Assembly: GCA_964016885.1 (NCBI GenBank)
Contig: OZ024758.1
Location: 38,006,001 to 38,070,000, forward strand
Source of the DNA: Eledone cirrhosa
Lineage: Eukaryota
Reading direction: 5' to 3'
DNA length: 64,000 nt
This document shows positions 1 to 10,430 of the stretch, piece by piece. The position numbers and the translations under genes were made by a program. Numbering within the stretch: position 1 is the first letter of the stretch; every line of letters begins with the position of its first letter. Below the pieces are notes generated by a model. It saw only the letters and a list, made by a program, of their open reading frames with translations. It was not told where the DNA came from and did no database searches.

Positions 1-3000
1 CAGAAGTCACTCCAATGTTGGTGAGAATTCATTTAAGTTCATGGTATTAGCTGTCAGAAGTAACTCCACTGTTGGTGAGAATTCATTTAAGTTCATGGTA
101 CTAGCTGTCAGAAGTAACTCCAATGTTGGTGAGAATTCATTTAAGTTCATGGTATTAGCTGTCAGAAGTCAATCCAATGTTGGTGAGAATTCATTTAAGT
201 TCATGGTATTAGCTGTCAGAAGTCACTCCACTGTTGGTGAGAATTCATTTAAGTTCATGGTACTAGCTGTCAGAAGTAACCCCAATGTTGGTGAGAATTC
301 ATTTAAGTTCATGGTATTAGCTGTCAGAAGTAACTCCACTGTTGGTGAGAATTCATTTAAGTTCATGGTATTAGTTTGTCAGAAGTAACTCCAATGTTGG
401 TGAGAATTCATTTAAGTCATGGTATTAGTTGTCAGAAGTAACTCCAATGTTGGTGAGAATTCATTTAAGTTCATGGTATTAGCTGTCAGAAGGAACTCCA
501 CTGTTGGTGAGAATTCATTTAAGTTCATGGTATTAGCTGTCAGAAGTAACTCCACTGTTGGTGAGAATTCATTTAAGTCATGGTATTAGCTGTCAGAAGT
601 AACTCCATTGTTGGTGAGAATTCATTTAAGTCATGGTACTAGCTGTCAGAAGTAACTCCAATGTTGGTGAGAATTCATTTAAGTCATGGTATTAGCTGTC
701 AGAAGTAACTCCATTGTTGGTGAGAATTCATTTAAGTCATGGTACTAGCTGTCAGAAGTAACTCCAATGTTGGTGAGAATTCATTTAAGTTCATGTTATT
801 AGCTGTCAGAAGGAACTCCACTGTTGGTGAGAATACATTTAAGTTCATGGTACTAGCTGTCAGAAGTAACCCCAATGTTGGTGAGAATTCATTTAAGTTC
901 ATGGTATTAGCTGTCAGAAGTCACTCCAATGTTGGTGAGAATTCATTTAAGTTCATGGTATTAGCTGTCAGAAGTAACTCCACTGTTGGTGAGAATTCAT
1001 TTAAGTTCATGGTATTAGCTGTCAGAAGTCACTCCACTGTTGGTGAGAATTCATTTAAGTGCATGGTACTAGCTGTCAGAAGTAACCCCAATGTTGGTGA
1101 GAATTCATTTAAGTTCATGGTATTAGCTGTCAGAAGTCACTCCAATGTTGGTGAGAATTCATTTAAGTTCATGGTATTAGCTGTCAGAAGTAACTCCACT
1201 GTTGGTGAGAATTCATTTAAGTTCATGGTATTAGTTTGTCAGAAGTAACTCCACTGTTGGTGAGAATTCATTTAAGTCATGGTATTAGTTGTCAGAAGTA
1301 ACTCCATTGTTGGTGAGAATTCATTTAAGTTCATGGTATTAGCTGTCAGAAGGAACTCCACTGTTGGTGAGAATTCATTTAAGTTCATGGTATTAGCTGT
1401 CAGAAGTAACTCCACTGTTGGTGAGAATTCATTTAAGTCATGGTATTAGCTGTCAGAAGTAACTCCATTGTTGGTGAGAATTCATTTAAGTCATGGTACT
1501 AGCTGTCAGAAGTAACTCCAATGTTGGTGAGAATTCATTTAAGTCATGGTACTAGCTGTCAGAAGTAACTCCAATGTTGGTGAGAATTCATTTAAGTTCA
1601 TGTTATTAGCTGTCAGAAGGAACTCCACTGTTGGTGAGAATACATTTAAGTTCATGATACTAGCTGTCAGAAGTAACCCCAATGTTGGTGAGAATTCATT
1701 TAAGTTCATGGTATTAGCTGTCAGAAGTCACTCCAATGTTGGTGAGAATTGATTGAAGTTCATGGTATTAGCTGTCAGAAGTAACTCCACTGTTGGTAAG
1801 AATTCATTTAAGTTCATGGTATTAGCTGTCAGAAGTAACTCCACTGTTGGTGAGAATTCATTTAAGTTCATGGTATTAGCTGTCAGAAGGAACGCCACTG
1901 TTGGTGAGAATTCATTTACGTTCATGGTACAAGCTGTCAGAAGTAATTCCAATGTTGGTGAGAATTCATTTAAGTTCATGGTATTAGCTGTCAGAAGGAA
2001 CTCCACTGTTGGTGAGAATTCATTTAAGTTCATGGTATTAGCTGTCAGAAGGAACTCCAATGTTGGTGAGAATTCATTTAAGTCATGGTACTAGCTGTCA
2101 GAAGTAACTCCACTGTTGGTGAGAATTCATTTAAGTTCATGGTATTAGCTGTCAGAAGGAACGCCACTGTTGGTGAGAATTCATTTAAGTTCATGGTATT
2201 AGCTGTCAGAAGTAACTCCACTGTTGGTGAGAATTCATTTAAGTTCATGGTACTAGCTGTCAGAAGTAACTCCAATGTTGGTGAGAATTCATTTAAGTTC
2301 ATGGTATTAGCTGTCAGAAGGAACTCCACTGTTGGTGAGAATTCATTTAAGTTCATGGTATTAGCTGTCAGAAGTAACTCCACTGTTGGTGAGAATTCAT
2401 TTAAGTCATGGTATTAGCTGTCAGAAGTAACTCCATTGTTGGTGAGAATTCATTTAAGTCATGGTACTAGCTGTCAGAAGTAACTCCAATGTTGGTGAGA
2501 ATTCATTTATGTCATGGTACTAGCTGTCAGAAGTAACTCCAATGTTGGTGAGAATTCATTTAAGTTCATGTTATTAGCTGTCAGAAGGAACTCCACTGTT
2601 GGTGAGAATACATTTAAGTTCATGGTACTAGCTGTCAGAAGTAACCCTAATGTTGGTGAGAATTCATTTAAGTTCATGGTATTAGCTGTCAGAAGTCACT
2701 CCAATGTTGGTGAGAATTCATTTAAGTTCATGGTATTAGCTGTCAGAAGTAACTCCACTGTTTGTAAGAATTCATTTAAGTTCATGGTATTAGCTGTCAG
2801 AAGTAACTCCACTGTTGGTGAGAATTCATTTAAGTTCATGGTATTAGCTGTCAGAAGGAACGCCACTGTTGGTGAGAATTCATTTAAGTTCATGGTATTA
2901 GCTGTCAGAAGTAACTCCACTGTTGGTGAGAATTCATTTAAGTTCATGGTACTAGCTGTCAGAAGTAACTCCAATGTTGGTCAGAATTCATTTAAGTTCA

Positions 3001-6000
3001 TGGTATTAGCTGTCAGAAGGAACTCCACTGTTGCTGAGAATTCATTTAAGTTCATGGTATTAGCTGTCAGAAGTAACTCCACTGTTGGTGAGAATTCATT
3101 TAAGTTCATGGTACTAGCTGTCAGAAGTAACTCCACTGTTGGTGAGAATTCATTTAAGTTCATGGTATTAGCTGTCAGAAGTCACTCCAATGTTGGTGAG
3201 AATTCATTTAAGTTCATGGTATTAGCTGTCAGAAGTCACTCCACTGTTGGTGAGAATTCATTTAAGTTCATGGTACTAGCTGTCAGAAGTAACCCCAATG
3301 TTGGTGAGAATTCATTTAAGTTCATGGTATTAGCTGTCAGAAGTCACTCCAATGTTGGCGAGAATTCATTTAAGTTCATGGTATTAGCTGTCAGAAGTAA
3401 CTCCACTGTTGGTGAGAATTCATTTAAGTTCATGGTATTAGCTGTCAGAAGTAACTCCACTGTTGGTGAGAATTCATTTAAGTCATGGTATTAGCTGTCA
3501 GAAGTAACTCCAATGTTGGTGAGAATTCATTTAAGTTCATGGTATTAGCTGTCAGAAGTCACCCCACTGTTGGTGAGAATTCATTTAAGTTCATGGTACT
3601 AGCTGTCAGAAGTAACCCCAATGTTGGTGAGAATTCATTTAAGTTCATGGTATTAGCTGTCAGAAGTCACTCCAATGTTGGTGAGAATTCATTTAAGTTC
3701 ATGGTATTAGCTGTCAGAAGTAACTCCACTGTTGGTGAGAATTCATTTAAGTTCATGGTATTAGCTGTCAGAAGTAACTCCACTGTTGGTGAGAATTCAT
3801 TTAAGTTCATGGTATTAGCTGTCAGAAGGAACTCCAATGTTGGTGAGAATTCATTTAAGTCATGGTACTAGCTGTCAGAAGTAACTCCACTGTTGGTGAG
3901 AATTCATTTAAGTTCATGGTATTAGCTGTCAGAAGGAACGCCACTGTTGGTGAGAATTCATTTAAGTTCATGGTATTAGCTGTCAGAAGTAACTCCACTG
4001 TTGGTGAGAATTCATTTAAGTTCATGGTACTAGCTGTCAGAAGTAACTCCAATGTTGGTGAGAATTCATTTAAGTTCATGGTATTAGCTGTCAGAACGAA
4101 CTCCACTGTTGCTGAGAATTCATTTAAGTTCATGGTATTAGCTGTCAGAAGTAACTCCACTGTTGGTGAGAATTCATTTAAGTTCATGGTACTAGCTGTC
4201 AGAAGTAACTCCACTGTTGGTGAGAATTCATTTAAGTGCATGGTACTAGCTGTCAGAAGTAACCCCAATGTTGGTGAGAATTCATTTAAGTTCATGGTAT
4301 TAGCTGTCAGAAGTCACTCCAATGTTGGTGAGAATTCATTTAAGTTCATGGTATTAGCTGTCAGAAGTAACTCCACTGTTGGTGAGAATTCATTTAAGTT
4401 CATGGTATTAGTTTGTCAGAAGTAACTCCACTGTTGGTGAGAATTCATTTAAGTCATGGTATTAGTTGTCAGAAGTAACTCCATTGTTGGTGAGAATTCA
4501 TTTAAGTTCATGGTATTAGCTGTCAGAAGGAACTCCACTGTTGGTGAGAATTCATTTAAGTTCATGGTATTAGCTGTCAGAAGTAACTCCACTGTTGGTG
4601 AGAATTCATTTAAGTCATGGTATTAGCTGTCAGAAGTAACTCCATTGTTGGTGAGAATTCATTTAAGTCATGGTACTAGCTGTCAGAAGTAACTCCAATG
4701 TTGGTGAGAATTCATTTAAGTCATGGTACTAGCTGTCAGAAGTAACTCCAATGTTGGTGAGAATTCATTTAAGTTCATGTTATTAGCTGTCAGAAGGAAC
4801 TCCACTGTTGGTGAGAATACATTTAAGTTCATGATACTAGCTGTCAGAAGTAACCCCAATGTTGGTGAGAATTCATTTAAGTTCATGGTATTAGCTGTCA
4901 GAAGTCACTCCAATGTTGGTGAGAATTGATTTAAGTTCATGGTATTAGCTGTCAGAAGTAACTCCACTGTTGGTAAGAATTCATTTAAGTTCATGGTATT
5001 AGCTGTCAGAAGTAACTCCACTGTTGGTGAGAATTCATTTAAGTTCATGGTATTAGCTGTCAGAAGGAACGCCACTGTTGGTGAGAATTCATTTACGTTC
5101 ATGGTACAAGCTGTCAGAAGTAATTCCAATGTTGGTGAGAATTCATTTAAGTTCATGGTATTAGCTGTCAGAAGGAACTCCACTGTTGGTGAGAATTCAT
5201 TTAAGTTCATGGTATTAGCTGTCAGAAGGAACTCCAATGTTGGTGAGAATTCATTTAAGTCATGGTACTAGCTGTCAGAAGTAACTCCACTGTTGGTGAG
5301 AATTCATTTAAGTTCATGGTATTAGCTGTCAGAAGGAACGCCACTGTTGGTGAGAATTCATTTAAGTTCATGGTATTAGCTGTCAGAAGTAACTCCACTG
5401 TTGGTGAGAATTCATTTAAGTTCATGGTACTAGCTGTCAGAAGTAACTCCAATGTTGGTGAGAATTCATTTAAGTTCATGGTATTAGCTGTCAGAAGGAA
5501 CTCCACTGTTGGTGAGAATTCATTTAAGTTCATGGTATTAGCTGTCAGAAGTAACTCCACTGTTGGTGAGAATTCATTTAAGTTCATGGTATTAGCTGTC
5601 AGAAGGAACTCCAATGTTGGTGAGAATTCATTTAAGTCATGGTACTAGCTGTCAGAAGTAACTCCACTGTTGGTGAGAATTCATTTAAGTTCATGGTATT
5701 AGCTGTCAGAAGGAACGCCACTGTTGGTGAGAATTCATTTAAGTTCATGGTATTAGCTGTCAGAAGTAACTCCTCTGTTGGTGAGAATTCATTTAAGTTC
5801 ATGGTACTAGCTGTCAGAAGTAACTCCAATGTTGGTGAGAATTCATTTAAGTTCATGGTATTAGCTGTCAGAAGGAACTCCACTGTTGCTGAGAATTCAT
5901 TTAAGTTCATGGTATTAGCTGTCAGAAGTAACTCCACTGTTGGTGAGAATTCATTTAAGTTCATGGTACTAGCTGTCAGAAGTAACTCCATTGTTGGTGA

Positions 6001-9000
6001 GAATTCATTTAAGTTCATGGTATTAGCTGTCAGAAGTCAATCCAATGTTGGTGAGAATTCATTTAAGTTCATGGTATTAGCTGTCAGAAGTCACTCCACT
6101 GTTGGTGAGAATTCATTTAAGTTCATGGTACTAGCTGTCAGAAGTAACCCCAATGTTGGTGAGAATTCATTTAAGTTCATGGTACTAGCTGTCAGAAGTC
6201 ACTCCAATGTTGGTGAGAATTCATTTAAGTTCATGGTATTAGCTGTCAGAAGTAACTCCACTGTTGGTGAGAATTCATTTAAGTTCATGGTACTAGCTGT
6301 CAGAAGTAACTCCAATGTTGGTGAGAATTCATTTAAGTTCATGGTATTAGCTGTCAGAAGTCAATCCAATGTTGGTGAGAATTCATTTAAGTTCATGGTA
6401 TTAGCTGTTAGAAGTCACTCCACTGTTGGTGAGAATTCATTTAAGTTCATGGTACTAGCTGTCAGAAGTAACCCCAATGTTGGTGAGAATTCATTTAAGT
6501 TCATGGTATTAGCTGTCAGAAGTAACTCCACTGTTGGTGAGAATTCATTTAAGTTCATGGTATTAGTTTGTCAGAAGTAACTCCAATGTTGGTGAGAATT
6601 CATTTAAGTCATGGTATTAGTTGTCAGAAGTAACTCCAATGTTGGTGAGAATTCATTTAAGTTCATGGTATTAGCTGTCAGAAGGAACTCCACTGTTGGT
6701 GAGAATTCATTTAAGTTCATGGTATTAGCTGTCAGAAGTAACTCCACTGTTGGTGAGAATTCATTTAAGTCATGGTATTAGCTGTCAGAAGTAACTCCAT
6801 TGTTGGTGAGAATTCATTTAAGTCATGGTACTAGCTGTCAGAAGTAACTCCAATGTTGGTGAGAATTCATTTAAGTCATGGTATTAGCTGTCAGAAGTAA
6901 CTCCATTGTTGGTGAGAATTCATTTAAGTCATGGTACTAGCTGTCAGAAGTAACTCCAATGTTGGTGAGAATTCATTTAAGTTCATGTTATTAGCTGTCA
7001 GAAGGAACTCCACTGTTGGTGAGAATACATTTAAGTTCATGGTACTAGCTGTCAGAAGTAACCCCAATGTTGGTGAGAATTCATTTAAGTTCATGGTATT
7101 AGCTGTCAGAAGTCACTCCAATGTTGGTGAGAATTCATTTAAGTTCATGGTATTAGCTGTCAGAAGTAACTCCACTGTTGGTGAGAATTCATTTAAGTTC
7201 ATGGTATTAGCTGTCAGAAGTCACTCCACTGTTGGTGAGAATTCATTTAAGTGCATGGTACTAGCTGTCAGAAGTAACCCCAATGTTGGTGAGAATTCAT
7301 TTAAGTTCATGGTATTAGCTGTCAGAAGTCACTCCAATGTTGGTGAGAATTCATTTAAGTTCATGGTATTAGCTGTCAGAAGTAACTCCACTGTTGGTGA
7401 GAATTCATTTAAGTTCATGGTATTAGTTTGTCAGAAGTAACTCCACTGTTGGTGAGAATTCATTTAAGTCATGGTATTAGTTGTCAGAAGTAACTCCATT
7501 GTTGGTGAGAATTCATTTAAGTTCATGGTATTAGCTGTCAGAAGGAACTCCACTGTTGGTGAGAATTCATTTAAGTTCATGGTATTAGCTGTCAGAAGTA
7601 ACTCCACTGTTGGTGAGAATTCATTTAAGTCATGGTATTAGCTGTCAGAAGTAACTCCATTGTTGGTGAGAATTCATTTAAGTCATGGTACTAGCTGTCA
7701 GAAGTAACTCCAATGTTGGTGAGAATTCATTTAAGTCATGGTACTAGCTGTCAGAAGTAACTCCAATGTTGGTGAGAATTCATTTAAGTTCATGTTATTA
7801 GCTGTCAGAAGGAACTCCACTGTTGGTGAGAATACATTTAAGTTCATGATACTAGCTGTCAGAAGTAACCCCAATGTTGGTGAGAATTCATTTAAGTTCA
7901 TGGTATTAGCTGTCAGAAGTCACTCCAATGTTGGTGAGAATTGATTGAAGTTCATGGTATTAGCTGTCAGAAGTAACTCCACTGTTGGTAAGAATTCATT
8001 TAAGTTCATGGTATTAGCTGTCAGAAGTAACTCCACTGTTGGTGAGAATTCATTTAAGTTCATGGTATTAGCTGTCAGAAGGAACGCCACTGTTGGTGAG
8101 AATTCATTTACGTTCATGGTACAAGCTGTCAGAAGTAATTCCAATGTTGGTGAGAATTCATTTAAGTTCATGGTATTAGCTGTCAGAAGGAACTCCACTG
8201 TTGGTGAGAATTCATTTAAGTTCATGGTATTAGCTGTCAGAAGGAACTCCAATGTTGGTGAGAATTCATTTAAGTCATGGTACTAGCTGTCAGAAGTAAC
8301 TCCACTGTTGGTGAGAATTCATTTAAGTTCATGGTATTAGCTGTCAGAAGGAACGCCACTGTTGGTGAGAATTCATTTAAGTTCATGGTATTAGCTGTCA
8401 GAAGTAACTCCACTGTTGGTGAGAATTCATTTAAGTTCATGGTACTAGCTGTCAGAAGTAACTCCAATGTTGGTGAGAATTCATTTAAGTTCATGGTATT
8501 AGCTGTCAGAAGGAACTCCACTGTTGGTGAGAATTCATTTAAGTTCATGGTATTAGCTGTCAGAAGTAACTCCACTGTTGGTGAGAATTCATTTAAGTCA
8601 TGGTATTAGCTGTCAGAAGTAACTCCATTGTTGGTGAGAATTCATTTAAGTCATGGTACTAGCTGTCAGAAGTAACTCCAATGTTGGTGAGAATTCATTT
8701 ATGTCATGGTACTAGCTGTCAGAAGTAACTCCAATGTTGGTGAGAATTCATTTAAGTTCATGTTATTAGCTGTCAGAAGGAACTCCACTGTTGGTGAGAA
8801 TACATTTAAGTTCATGGTACTAGCTGTCAGAAGTAACCCTAATGTTGGTGAGAATTCATTTAAGTTCATGGTATTAGCTGTCAGAAGTCACTCCAATGTT
8901 GGTGAGAATTCATTTAAGTTCATGGTATTAGCTGTCAGAAGTAACTCCACTGTTTGTAAGAATTCATTTAAGTTCATGGTATTAGCTGTCAGAAGTAACT

Positions 9001-10430
9001 CCACTGTTGGTGAGAATTCATTTAAGTTCATGGTATTAGCTGTCAGAAGGAACGCCACTGTTGGTGAGAATTCATTTAAGTTCATGGTATTAGCTGTCAG
9101 AAGTAACTCCACTGTTGGTGAGAATTCATTTAAGTTCATGGTACTAGCTGTCAGAAGTAACTCCAATGTTGGTCAGAATTCATTTAAGTTCATGGTATTA
9201 GCTGTCAGAAGGAACTCCACTGTTGCTGAGAATTCATTTAAGTTCATGGTATTAGCTGTCAGAAGTAACTCCACTGTTGGTGAGAATTCATTTAAGTTCA
9301 TGGTACTAGCTGTCAGAAGTAACTCCACTGTTGGTGAGAATTCATTTAAGTTCATGGTATTAGCTGTCAGAAGTCACTCCAATGTTGGTGAGAATTCATT
9401 TAAGTTCATGGTATTAGCTGTCAGAAGTCACTCCACTGTTGGTGAGAATTCATTTAAGTTCATGGTACTAGCTGTCAGAAGTAACCCCAATGTTGGTGAG
9501 AATTCATTTAAGTTCATGGTATTAGCTGTCAGAAGTCACTCCAATGTTGGCGAGAATTCATTTAAGTTCATGGTATTAGCTGTCAGAAGTAACTCCACTG
9601 TTGGTGAGAATTCATTTAAGTTCATGGTATTAGCTGTCAGAAGTAACTCCACTGTTGGTGAGAATTCATTTAAGTCATGGTATTAGCTGTCAGAAGTAAC
9701 TCCAATGTTGGTGAGAATTCATTTAAGTTCATGGTATTAGCTGTCAGAAGTCACCCCACTGTTGGTGAGAATTCATTTAAGTTCATGGTACTAGCTGTCA
9801 GAAGTAACCCCAATGTTGGTGAGAATTCATTTAAGTTCATGGTATTAGCTGTCAGAAGTCACTCCAATGTTGGTGAGAATTCATTTAAGTTCATGGTATT
9901 AGCTGTCAGAAGTAACTCCACTGTTGGTGAGAATTCATTTAAGTTCATGGTATTAGCTGTCAGAAGTAACTCCACTGTTGGTGAGAATTCATTTAAGTTC
10001 ATGGTATTAGCTGTCAGAAGGAACTCCAATGTTGGTGAGAATTCATTTAAGTCATGGTACTAGCTGTCAGAAGTAACTCCACTGTTGGTGAGAATTCATT
10101 TAAGTTCATGGTATTAGCTGTCAGAAGGAACGCCACTGTTGGTGAGAATTCATTTAAGTTCATGGTATTAGCTGTCAGAAGTAACTCCAATGTTGGTGAG
10201 AATTCATTTAAGTTCATGGTACTAGCTGTCAGAAGTAACTCCAATGTTGGTGAGAATTCATTTAAGTTCATGGTATTAGCTGTCAGAACGAACTCCACTG
10301 TTGCTGAGAATTCATTTAAGTTCATGGTATTAGCTGTCAGAAGTAACTCCACTGTTGGTGAGAATTCATTTAAGTTCATGGTACTAGCTGTCAGAAGTAA
10401 CTCCACTGTTGGTGAGAATTCATTTAAGTT
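1..10430. repeat. Direct block duplication, offset 6192 bp (~115 monomers): ~1-4235 repeated at ~6193-10427
   Basis: Rare markers pair at this offset: GAATTGATTGAAG 1746/7938, TTTATGTCA ~2506/~8698, ACCCTAAT ~2644/~8836, GTTTGTAAG 2760/8952. Indel-defined ORF starts also pair: 739/6931, 1546/7738, 2514/8706, 3485/9677, 3862/10054. Confidence 0.9.
25..78 (+). repeat. Representative consensus monomer (EcoRI to EcoRI phase)
   Basis: Exact consensus unit; GAATTC at 25-30 and the next at 79-84. Contains the 4-bp palindromes TTAA, CATG and AGCT. Confidence 0.98.

Noticed and set aside
10-60. Structured ncRNA, terminator or strong cruciform from dyads (CCAA-TG-TTGG, TGA-GAAT-TCA, CTG-T-CAG)
   Set aside because: The stems are only 3-4 bp and the common CCACT allele shortens the main one. 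There is no covariation evidence.
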